Source: Candidatus Adlerbacteria bacterium (GTDB lineage: Bacteria; Patescibacteriota; Minisyncoccia; Phycocordibacterales; SBAW01). From it: a stretch of DNA of 64,000 nucleotides. Where the stretch lies: positions 424,963-488,962 of the forward strand of contig DAIDHJ010000001.1 of assembly GCA_027451965.1 (NCBI GenBank), written 5' to 3'. The notes below the pieces were generated by a model. It had not been told where the DNA came from. It saw only the letters and a program-made list of their open reading frames with translations, and ran no database searches. Below are positions 19,747 to 27,743 of this stretch, piece after piece (the stretch's first letter is position 1; the number at the start of each line of letters is the position of its first letter). Position numbers and translations under genes: made by a program.

Positions 19747-20835
19747 CTACGGATGAAGCAGGTGGAGAATGTCGTGGTAGGAAACGGCGATAAGAAGGGC
19801 TATGAGAAGCGCAAAGCCAAGCAAGGTCAGCCGAGTCATGAGACGCTCAGAAATCGCTCTGCCGCGGGCCCGTTCGATAAGAAGGAGTGTCAGCCGGCCG
19901 CCATCCAGACCGGGTATAGGAAGAATATTGATGAGCGCAAGATTGATGGAAATGAGTGCCGTAAGAACGAGCGTGGCACTTGCTCCCTGCTGCACGGCAG
20001 AAGCACCGATATCGGCAATACCGATGGGTCCGGCAATCTGCGAGAAGTTTGCTGTGCCCTTAAACAGCGCAGCGAAGAATACAACAAGACCCTGTGCTGT
20101 GGAAACGGTCATATGCCAAAAGAGCACCGCCCCTTGCTTCAGCGCTTGAAAAAAAGGAAGTTGCACAATGCCGACATCAGCCAGTTCTACGCCGATCACC
20201 CGTTCTCCCAGCACAATGCCGGGCGCAGGAGTCACTAAAAATGTTTTCTGCATCCCATGACGCTCGACAGAGAGCACAATACTCTGCGTTTGATGATTCG
20301 CAATAAATTGTTGTACATGGAGAGCATCCGCTCCTGAGGAAAGCGCTGTCGCACCAGTTTCAACAGCAGTGATCTGGTCGCCGGACATGAGTCCTACTTT
20401 ATCCGCCGGAGAACCAGGCACGACGGAAACGATAGTGGTATGCGGATGCGCAATGGTTCCTACTCCTGAGTTTGCCGCGGCAGGAATACCCACCATGTAC
20501 CCCGCGGAAAGAAGGATCCATGCAAACAGCAAATTGCATAGAATACCAGCAATGACTACTGTTCCTTGTAGGTACCACGGCTTATCTGTAAAACGCCTTC
20601 CTCCTGGCTGTACATCTGTTTCGGTGCTTTCTCCAAAAATACGCACAAATCCGCCAAACAAGAGCAGATTGAATGAATAGAGTGTATCTCCTTTTTGTAT
20701 GCCAAAGAGCCGCGGCGGAAATCCAATACCAAATTCCTCGACCCGCATACCGGAAAGCTTTGCCATCACAAAGTGACCGAACTCATGTACGAGAATAAGA
20801 GCAATAAGGATGATGACAAAGATGAAGAGCGCCAT
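19747..20835 (-). CDS. rseP: RIP metalloprotease RseP (site-2 protease)
   Basis: 362 aa. HExxH motif (HEFGHFVMAK), a PDZ domain and multiple TM helices. Confidence 0.88.
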   Translation of the reverse strand: MALFIFVIILIALILVHEFGHFVMAKLSGMRVEEFGIGFPPRLFGIQKGDTLYSFNLLLFGGFVRIFGESTETDVQPGGRRFTDKPWYLQGTVVIAGILCNLLFAWILLSAGYMVGIPAAANSGVGTIAHPHTTIVSVVPGSPADKVGLMSGDQITAVETGATALSSGADALHVQQFIANHQTQSIVLSVERHGMQKTFLVTPAPGIVLGERVIGVELADVGIVQLPFFQALKQGAVLFWHMTVSTAQGLVVFFAALFKGTANFSQIAGPIGIADIGASAVQQGASATLVLTALISINLALINILPIPGLDGGRLTLLLIERARGRAISERLMTRLTLLGFALLIALLIAVSYHDILHLLHP

Positions 20836-20837
20836 AT

Positions 20838-21389
20838 CTACCCCACTATCTCCTTCTCTTTCCGGGCAAACGCCTCATCGAATACTTGGTTGGCTGCATC
20901 TACTCGTTTCTGCATGTCTTCTTTGTTGCGGAATTTATCATCCTCACTGATCTGTTTATTGCGTTCCTGTGCTTGAATGTCGTTCCATACGTCATCACGC
21001 GCGCCACGCAGTGCGGTACGCGCATCTTCAAGCTTTGCTTTTGCCAACTTAATGAGCGCCTGTCGACGCTCCGCGGTCAGTTCCGGAAAAAAAATGCGTA
21101 GCCCTTTATCGTCAGTGCTTACCGAAAGACCGAGATTAGCAGCAACGATCGCCTTCTCTATCTCCTTACTCTGCGACTGATCCCATGGGGCAATGCGCAA
21201 GGTGCGCGCATCTTCGATAGTGATTGAAGCTACCTGTCCGATATGCATGCGCGTGCCGTAACTCTCTACGAGCACGCTGTCGAGAATCGACGGCGTAGCC
21301 CTACCGGTGCGGATACTGGAAAACTCTCGTGCCAAATGCTCCTGAATGTCTTGTATGCGCTGTTCAAACGCGGTGAAGGAATATGCCAT
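20838..21389 (-). CDS. frr: ribosome recycling factor
   Basis: 183 aa. MAYSFTAFEQRIQDIQEHLAREFSSIRTGRATPSILDSV... shows clear RRF family similarity. Confidence 0.92.
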   Translation of the reverse strand: MAYSFTAFEQRIQDIQEHLAREFSSIRTGRATPSILDSVLVESYGTRMHIGQVASITIEDARTLRIAPWDQSQSKEIEKAIVAANLGLSVSTDDKGLRIFFPELTAERRQALIKLAKAKLEDARTALRGARDDVWNDIQAQERNKQISEDDKFRNKEDMQKRVDAANQVFDEAFARKEKEIVG

Positions 21390-21401
21390 AACGAAAGTAT
21401 A

Positions 21402-22064
21402 CTATATTCGAAATCGCTTGGCGGCAGGCGGATAAAGTTTGAGGAGTGGATCTTTGTTCGTGTCATACGGACGAGCGGGGGCAATGGTTCTCCCATACTC
21501 GATTACTCGGTAGGTAAAAGGAAACCATTCTTTTTTTGGCAACAACTCCATCAGATCTTTTTCAATCCGTACGGGATCCCGATAGTCGGAAAGATCATAT
21601 CGACGAACAAAGCGGAGCACATGCGTATCAACGGCAATGCCTTCAACCACGCCAAAGGCATTACCGAGCACTACATTCGCTGTTTTCCGCGCAACACCCG
21701 GGAATCGAAGCAATTCCGGCATAGTAGCGGGTAGCTTGCCTCGATAGCGTTCTTTGAGCAGTTTTGCGGCCGCAAGAATGTTCTTTGTCTTTACCCGATA
21801 ATAGCCGGCTGAGCGAATGTCCTGCGCAAATGTTTCCGGCTTCGCCCGTACATATGCATCCAGTGTTTTGTACTTTTTAAACAACCGTTCCGTAATACGG
21901 TTCACCATCTTGTCGGTGCATTGTGCACTCAGTTCAACTGCAACCAAGAGTTCCCAGGGCGTTTTGTAGTTGAGCGCGATGTGCGCCCCAGGAAACAGCT
22001 GTTTGAGCTTCCGATTGAGAGCGTAGAGGCGTGCTTTACGCACCATGAACTGCTGCTTGGTCAT
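21402..22064 (-). CDS. nth: HhH-GPD DNA glycosylase, endonuclease III-like, without C-terminal 4Fe-4S cysteines
   Basis: 220 aa. HhH-GPD region LLRFPGVARKTANVVL plus GPD-type Asp. The C-terminal 40 aa contain no Cys, so the canonical Cx6Cx2Cx5C cluster is absent. Confidence 0.75.
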   Translation of the reverse strand: MTKQQFMVRKARLYALNRKLKQLFPGAHIALNYKTPWELLVAVELSAQCTDKMVNRITERLFKKYKTLDAYVRAKPETFAQDIRSAGYYRVKTKNILAAAKLLKERYRGKLPATMPELLRFPGVARKTANVVLGNAFGVVEGIAVDTHVLRFVRRYDLSDYRDPVRIEKDLMELLPKKEWFPFTYRVIEYGRTIAPARPYDTNKDPLLKLYPPAAKRFRI

Positions 22065-22699
22065 AGAGACGGAAGCGTTATAGCAAGATGTTCCAGTAAC
22101 AGTTTCAGTGAAGCGCTATGATCGGAAAGATAGGATCGCACCAATGTAATCGCTGCAAGTCCTTCTCGGACATCAGCACGTGCGCTGGCAAGCGGATAGA
22201 GTGTCTGTTCGAGCGCATCCAAAAGATGCCGTACGCGATCTCGAACTCCCTCTTCTTCCGAAAGCAGCGTGGCGATCATCTTGCTTCGTTCACCAGCAGG
22301 CAACCGCAGCAGCTCTGCCCCTGCTTCGTCCGCATCTTCTGTAAATACACTCGGATACTGTATGAACCGAGAACGGAGCGCCGGCAGCAGTATGCCGGGC
22401 GGTATAAGCAGTACAAGCACCATACCCAAGGGCGGTTCTTCCGCGAGCTTGAGAAGCGCCTGTTGCGCCTGCGTGGTGATAAGCGAAGCGGCAAGGATAA
22501 ACAGCGATGTTCCTGTCGTACTTTTCAGCAGGGCTCGATCCGCAATAGTGCGTACCTCCTCTATGCCCAAGGTATCCCATACGCTGGCATAGATATTCGG
22601 ATCATCAGGCTCGGTCACCTTAAACCGAACTCGCGCATCGGCCACAAGCTGCGGATACAATGTGCGCAGTCCTTCATACACGTATGCGTGATGCTGCAT
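22061..22699 (-). CDS. holB: DNA polymerase III delta'-like clamp-loader subunit (degenerate Walker A)
   Basis: Delta'-type motifs HAYVYEG, QALLKLAEEPP and LPALRSRF are present, but there is no GKT/S P-loop. The start is set at the internal Met; the ORF-track frame extends to 22774. Confidence 0.5.
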   Translation of the reverse strand: MQHHAYVYEGLRTLYPQLVADARVRFKVTEPDDPNIYASVWDTLGIEEVRTIADRALLKSTTGTSLFILAASLITTQAQQALLKLAEEPPLGMVLVLLIPPGILLPALRSRFIQYPSVFTEDADEAGAELLRLPAGERSKMIATLLSEEEGVRDRVRHLLDALEQTLYPLASARADVREGLAAITLVRSYLSDHSASLKLLLEHLAITLPSL

Positions 22700-22700
22700 G

Positions 22701-23714
22701 TTAGCGCTTTGCAATGATTGCCTTTTTATAGGTATCCAAATGATCAAGAGCGATACCGGTTCCTTTCGCCACACAAAAAAGCGCTTCGTCTGCTACTTGC
22801 GCTTTGACACCCGTGCGACGCAAGACCAACTCGGGGAAATGCCGCAGCTGTGAAGTTCCTCCGGTCATGACAATACCGCGGTCAATAATATCGCTGGCAA
22901 ACTCCGGCGGTGTTTCCTGGAGCACGTCTCGGATCGCTTTGATGATTTCCCGCAGTTCCCGTCCCATCGCCTTCACAATATCGTTGGTTTTAAGTTCGAT
23001 AGATCTCGGCAATCCGGTAATAAAATCGCGGCCTCGCACCTGCATGACCAATTCTTCATCGAGAGGAACCGCCGATCCGATAGTGATCTTCACATCTTCT
23101 GCTGTTTTCTCCCCGATGGCGAGGTTGTACGTCTTCTTGATGTAATCGGCAATCGCATAATCCAACCGATCGCCTGCGCATTTGATGGAGGTTGAGGCGA
23201 CAATCCCGCCCAGAGAAATCACGGCGATATCGGTGGTGCCACCCCCGATATCAATGACCATGTTGCCGCGCGGTTCCTGAATAGGAATGCCTGCACCGAT
23301 CGCCGCCAGCACCGATTCTTTGACCACGTAGGCGCTCTTTGCGCCTGCACGAATTGCCGCTTCCACCACCGCGCGTCGTTCTGTGGATGTCACGCCGGTG
23401 GGCACCGACACCATGACTTCGGGACGGAAGAGTTGGAACGTGCCGAGCGCTTTCGTGATGAAATAGCGCAGCATCGCCTGCGTGACGCGATAATCGGCGA
23501 TCACTCCGTCTCGCATCGGACGGTACGCGATGATTTCTCCTGGCGTGCGACCCACCATTTCCTTGGCTTTCGCGCCAACCGCAAGCACCCGTTTGTCTAT
23601 TTCAGAAATGGCAACAACTGATGATTCATTGAGTACGATACCCTTACCAGGAACATACACGAGCGTATTGGCAGTGCCTAGATCGATGCCGAGTTTGGGA
23701 GTAAAAAATGCCAT
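22701..23714 (-). CDS. MreB-like actin homolog (second paralog)
   Basis: LGIDLGTANTLVYVPGKGIVLNESSVVAI, DIGGGTTD and MTGGTS motifs. The start is set at the internal Met (MAFFTPK); the ORF-track frame extends to 23744. Confidence 0.85.
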   Translation of the reverse strand: MAFFTPKLGIDLGTANTLVYVPGKGIVLNESSVVAISEIDKRVLAVGAKAKEMVGRTPGEIIAYRPMRDGVIADYRVTQAMLRYFITKALGTFQLFRPEVMVSVPTGVTSTERRAVVEAAIRAGAKSAYVVKESVLAAIGAGIPIQEPRGNMVIDIGGGTTDIAVISLGGIVASTSIKCAGDRLDYAIADYIKKTYNLAIGEKTAEDVKITIGSAVPLDEELVMQVRGRDFITGLPRSIELKTNDIVKAMGRELREIIKAIRDVLQETPPEFASDIIDRGIVMTGGTSQLRHFPELVLRRTGVKAQVADEALFCVAKGTGIALDHLDTYKKAIIAKR

Positions 23715-23789
23715 GGGGTCATGATACCTGAGGGTAACGAGCAAAACAAATTTTGTCAGGAACCGGGAGAAGATGCTAGTCTAGTCTGC

Positions 23790-25106
23790 ATGCAACCTAC
23801 CGTTAACTTCAAAATCGATGGCGGCAAGAAACTCCACGGTACGGTGACCGTAAACTCTTCAAAAAACGGCGCAGTGGCCCTGTTGTGCGCCTCGCTCATC
23901 AACCGCGGAAAAACGACGCTCAAATCAGTGCCGAAAATAGAAGAGGTACACCGCATCATCGAGGTCCTGCGCTCCATCGGGACCATAGTGGAATGGCACG
24001 GTACGTCTGTAGTGATCACGCCTCCTGCTCACTTTTCACTGCCAAGCATTGATGTAGAGGCCGCACAACGTACGCGCAGTATTATCATGTTCACCGGCGC
24101 GCTCATACACACCATTCCCTCTTTCGCGCTTCCGCAGGCGGGCGGATGCCGCCTGGGATCACGCACGGTGCGCCCGCATGTCTATGCGCTTGAAAACTTT
24201 GGCGTCTCCATCACTGCGACGCGCACCGCCTGGGAAGTGACTACAAAGGATCTGCATCCGGCAGAAATACTGATGTACGAATCAGGCGATACGGCGACCA
24301 TAAACGCCATTCTTGCCGCAGCAGGTATTCCCGGCAAAAGCACGATCAAATACGCTTCCGCAAACTACCAGGTGCAGAACCTTTGCACCTTCCTATCGCA
24401 ACTGGGCATCAAGATAGACGGCGTAGGTACCACCACGCTTGTCGTGCACGGCAAAAAGCACATCAAAAAAGACGTGGTGTGCTCTGTTACGGAAGATCCG
24501 ACGGATGCTATGTTCTTTATCGCCACCGCTCTGGTCACCCACTCCTCTCTCACGATAAAACGTTGCCCTATTGAATTTATCGAACTGGAATTGCTGGTGC
24601 TTGAAAAAATGAATGCGAAATATAAAATTTTGCGCCGCTATACCGGAGAAGGCCATGTCAAACTTGCTGATATCCAGATACTCCCGAGCCGCTTGGTGGC
24701 ACCGCCGGAAAAAATTCATCCGCTCCCCTATCCCGGACTCAATATCGACAACCTGCCCTTCTTCGCGGTCATTGCAACACAGGCGCGCGGCACCACGCTC
24801 ATCCATGATTGGGTGTATGAAAAGCGAGCACTCTACTTTACAGAGCTCGACAAGCTCGGAGCCACTACGCTGCTTGCTGATCCACACCGCATTTCCATAA
24901 CCGGACCTACTTCTCTGCGCGCCGCAGATCTCATCTGTCCTCCTGCGCTGCGTCCGGCGACGATTCTGCTTATCGCGATGCTCGGCGCGAAAGGCACGTC
25001 CGTGCTGCGCAATATCTATAGCATCAACCGCGGCTATGAAGGCCTCATAGCTCGCCTTTCTTCGCTGGGCGCCCGAATTGAGATGCTTGAGGAACGTGCT
25101 TTTTAG
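23790..25106 (+). CDS. murA: UDP-N-acetylglucosamine 1-carboxyvinyltransferase MurA
   Basis: EPT-fold protein with KFKIDGGKKLHGTVTVNSSKNGAVALLCASL and the active-site Cys region GGCRLGSRTVRPH. The start is set at the internal Met (MQPTVNF); the ORF-track frame begins at 23721. Confidence 0.88.
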   Translation: MQPTVNFKIDGGKKLHGTVTVNSSKNGAVALLCASLINRGKTTLKSVPKIEEVHRIIEVLRSIGTIVEWHGTSVVITPPAHFSLPSIDVEAAQRTRSIIMFTGALIHTIPSFALPQAGGCRLGSRTVRPHVYALENFGVSITATRTAWEVTTKDLHPAEILMYESGDTATINAILAAAGIPGKSTIKYASANYQVQNLCTFLSQLGIKIDGVGTTTLVVHGKKHIKKDVVCSVTEDPTDAMFFIATALVTHSSLTIKRCPIEFIELELLVLEKMNAKYKILRRYTGEGHVKLADIQILPSRLVAPPEKIHPLPYPGLNIDNLPFFAVIATQARGTTLIHDWVYEKRALYFTELDKLGATTLLADPHRISITGPTSLRAADLICPPALRPATILLIAMLGAKGTSVLRNIYSINRGYEGLIARLSSLGARIEMLEERAF

Positions 25107-25402
25107 GATTTATTTCCCACCAAAACTTTTTTGAGAAATCCTTTGCTTGTTCGCACACACTTTTGAGGTAGTACAAATCCTTGGTGGGAATCCCTTGGAG
25201 GATCTTTCCCATCCGCGGCATGGAAAGCGGTGGGAGGTGGTCCCGCACGCGACTGCGGTTGAGTGCATCGCAGAAATAGCGCATGAGCTCGCCGCGCTCA
25301 GTCGCCTTATCCTGTGTTTTCTTTTTTGAGAGATGAGCACTGATATGCTCCATAGCTTCAGTATATGGGAAAAACGCCTTTTTTTGTATATACTTTTCTC
25401 AC

Positions 25403-25888
25403 ATGCCCATCGTACAGACCGGCAATCCCGTATTGCGCCAAAAAGCAAAAGCAGTGCCCAAAAAAGAAATTGGTGCCCTGCGCAGCACACTGCGTCGCAT
25501 GCATGCCACGCTTGCCAAAGAAGAGCACGGGGTAGCGCTTGCCGCACCGCAGATCGGCGTATCGAAGCGCCTGTTTATCATTTCAGAGAAAGTATTCGCC
25601 GATGAAGACGCTCCGAAACAGAAACATCTGGTGTTCATCAATCCGGAATTAGTGCGTCTTTCACGAGCAAAAAAAGAGATGTCGGAAGGCTGCCTGTCGG
25701 TGCGCGGCACGTACGGCATCGTAGAGCGACATGAAAAAGCAACTGTGCACGCGCTGGACGAACACGGACTGCCGTTCACTTACCACGGTTCAGGACTCAT
25801 CGCACAGATTTTTCAGCATGAAATAGACCACCTTAACGGCATTCTTTACACTGATAAGGCAGAACAGTTTACCTACGAATCAGAATAA
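25403..25888 (+). CDS. def: peptide deformylase
   Basis: 161 aa with Def motifs GVALAAPQIG, EGCLSV and HEIDHLNG. Confidence 0.92.
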   Translation: MPIVQTGNPVLRQKAKAVPKKEIGALRSTLRRMHATLAKEEHGVALAAPQIGVSKRLFIISEKVFADEDAPKQKHLVFINPELVRLSRAKKEMSEGCLSVRGTYGIVERHEKATVHALDEHGLPFTYHGSGLIAQIFQHEIDHLNGILYTDKAEQFTYESE

Positions 25889-25890
25889 CC

Positions 25891-26766
25891 ATGCAGTCTC
25901 CTTTATTCGCCTTCTTCGGCACTTCTCGGTTTGCAGTCCAGGTACTTACCGCGCTTGAGACGCACGGCTTGTTTCCGGCACTCGTTGTGTGCGCTCCGGA
26001 CAAGCCAGCAGGACGGGGTCAGCAGCTCACCCCTGCACCCACAAAAGTGTGGGCGCAAGAGCGTGATATTGATGTCATGACGCCGGAGAAACTGGATGCT
26101 GCGTTTATAGAAAGCATCAGCAATTCAGAGTGGCAGGTATTCTGTACTGCCGCATACGGCAAGCTACTGCCAGAGCAACTCCTTTCCCTTCCCGCGCACG
26201 GAGCGCTTAATGTGCATCCCTCACTGCTTCCCAAATTCCGCGGCCCTTCCCCGGTGCTTTCCGCTATTCTTGCGGACGAACGCGAGACAGGCGTTTCCAT
26301 TATTGAGATGGATGCACAAATGGATCACGGTCCCATAGTCGCCCAAGGACGAGTGGAATTGGAATCAGATGCGTGGCCGCCGCGTGGTAGTCTCTTTGAA
26401 GATCTGCTGGCTACCGAAGGCGGCAATTTGCTTGCCGAAGTACTGCCCTTGTGGGTACGTGGCGAAATCACCCCAGTGGCACAAGATGATGCGCAGGCGA
26501 CGTACACAAAGAAATTTACTGATGCCGATGCGCGGATTTCGCTCCATGATGATCCACAAGCCATGCTGCTGCGAATTCGGGCATTTGATCGCAATCCGCG
26601 CGCCTATTGCATCGCACAGACCAAAGAAGGAAAACAGATCCGCGTCATTATCACCGATGCAGAGCTCGTAGATTCTCGCCTAGTTATCAAACAAGTGATT
26701 CCCGAAGGAAAGCGGGAGATGCCGTACGAGACGTTCTTAGCTTCCGGCGCTACGGTCGTCTCCTGA
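25891..26766 (+). CDS. fmt: methionyl-tRNA formyltransferase
   Basis: 291 aa. Formyltransferase motif NVHPSLLPKFRGPSP plus a C-terminal Fmt domain. Starts 3 nt after def. Confidence 0.92.
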   Translation: MQSPLFAFFGTSRFAVQVLTALETHGLFPALVVCAPDKPAGRGQQLTPAPTKVWAQERDIDVMTPEKLDAAFIESISNSEWQVFCTAAYGKLLPEQLLSLPAHGALNVHPSLLPKFRGPSPVLSAILADERETGVSIIEMDAQMDHGPIVAQGRVELESDAWPPRGSLFEDLLATEGGNLLAEVLPLWVRGEITPVAQDDAQATYTKKFTDADARISLHDDPQAMLLRIRAFDRNPRAYCIAQTKEGKQIRVIITDAELVDSRLVIKQVIPEGKREMPYETFLASGATVVS

Positions 26767-27112
26767 ATCCGCGCAAAAAGTCTTTGATGCGCGCCGCATG
26801 CTCTCGCATGCTCCGCTGTCCTTTCTTCTTGAGCTTTGCGATTTCACGATTGAACTCTTCTACTGCCAGATCTATGGCTTCGTGGAGAGCACTGCCGTCC
26901 GCACGTGCATATATCGTCTTCTTGTTGCTCAGTAATTTGAATGCTGCCTCATACCGCTCAGGAACGGTACCGGCGTCATAGGTCAGTGTGATATCAAAGG
27001 TATAGCTTGCATCTCCTTGGAGCAGCTTCTGCGCATGTCCCAACTTCTTATCAAGATATTCGCGGATTTCCTGAGACAATTCAATACCGGAACCTTGTAA
27101 GTTGTAATTCAT
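26750..27112 (-). CDS. hpf: ribosome hibernation promoting factor (HPF/RaiA family)
   Basis: 120 aa. MNYNLQGSGIELSQEIREYLDKKLGHAQKLL...YTFDITLTY is typical of the sigma54 modulation / ribosomal subunit interface protein family. Confidence 0.8.
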   Translation of the reverse strand: MNYNLQGSGIELSQEIREYLDKKLGHAQKLLQGDASYTFDITLTYDAGTVPERYEAAFKLLSNKKTIYARADGSALHEAIDLAVEEFNREIAKLKKKGQRSMREHAARIKDFLRGFRRRP

Positions 27113-27190
27113 ATTTTTTCGCTATGTATTTTACCATACCGACTTTTCTCTAGCCTATTTTTTGAGTATACTCAGATACGTTCGCTATAT

Positions 27191-27262
27191 TCCGGTGTAG
27201 CTCAATGGTAGAGCAGCTCCCTGTTAAGGAGTTGGTTGTAGGTTCGAGTCCTACCGCCGGAG
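27191..27262 (+). tRNA. tRNA-Asn (anticodon GUU)
   Basis: TCCGGTGTAGCTCAATGGTAGAGCAGCTCCCTGTTAAGGAGTTGGTTGTAGGTTCGAGTCCTACCGCCGGAG forms a cloverleaf with a 7-bp acceptor stem, anticodon loop CTGTTAA and TTCGAGT T-loop. Confidence 0.88.
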
Positions 27263-27560
27263 CAAAGTAGTCGAGTTAAGGTCAGAATCTCCCTTTTGTC
27301 CTTGATTCATCGAGGTATTTTCTGGTTCGTAGGCTTGATTCAGTTTTGGCATCCAAAATGCAAGATATTCGCCCGCCGATGTGTAATTCGGCTTGATGGT
27401 GCGCCTGTTTTGAGTCAGGTTCGTAAACGTACAGATACCATCTATTTCGGAATGGTATTACGAACCAAATTGGGTTGAAATACCATTGGTACACCATGGA
27501 AAGTCGGCACTTGGAGATGCTGTTAAAGTGCCTCAAACTAGGGTTTAATGAAGGCGTAAT

Positions 27561-27743
27561 ATGGGTAGCAAAATCATCAAAGAGCATTTGGAGGCACTGG
27601 ATGCCGAGAAGAAATACGATAAGGAGTTTATTCGTATCCTCCAAGGAGCAAACGAGCAAAACCTGGATGGAGAGAGTGTGGCAGAGGAGGTAATTAAAGC
27701 CATCAACGCCAGATATGTTAAAAGTCAAAAAGATAACTCTTAG
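27561..27743 (+). CDS. small hypothetical protein (60 aa), first ORF of the RloC-like operon
   Basis: ATG preceded by GAAGG 6 nt upstream. Its 3' end overlaps the start of the 818-aa gene by 29 nt, and that gene has no SD of its own, which suggests translational coupling. The protein is predicted helical and acidic. Confidence 0.3.
   Translation: MGSKIIKEHLEALDAEKKYDKEFIRILQGANEQNLDGESVAEEVIKAINARYVKSQKDNS

Noticed and set aside
25045-25353. 102-aa minus-strand ORF in the murA-def intergenic region
   Set aside because: No SD. It overlaps the conserved murA 3' end by about 60 nt in convergent orientation. It has no recognisable motif. More likely the space holds the def promoter. Cannot be fully excluded.
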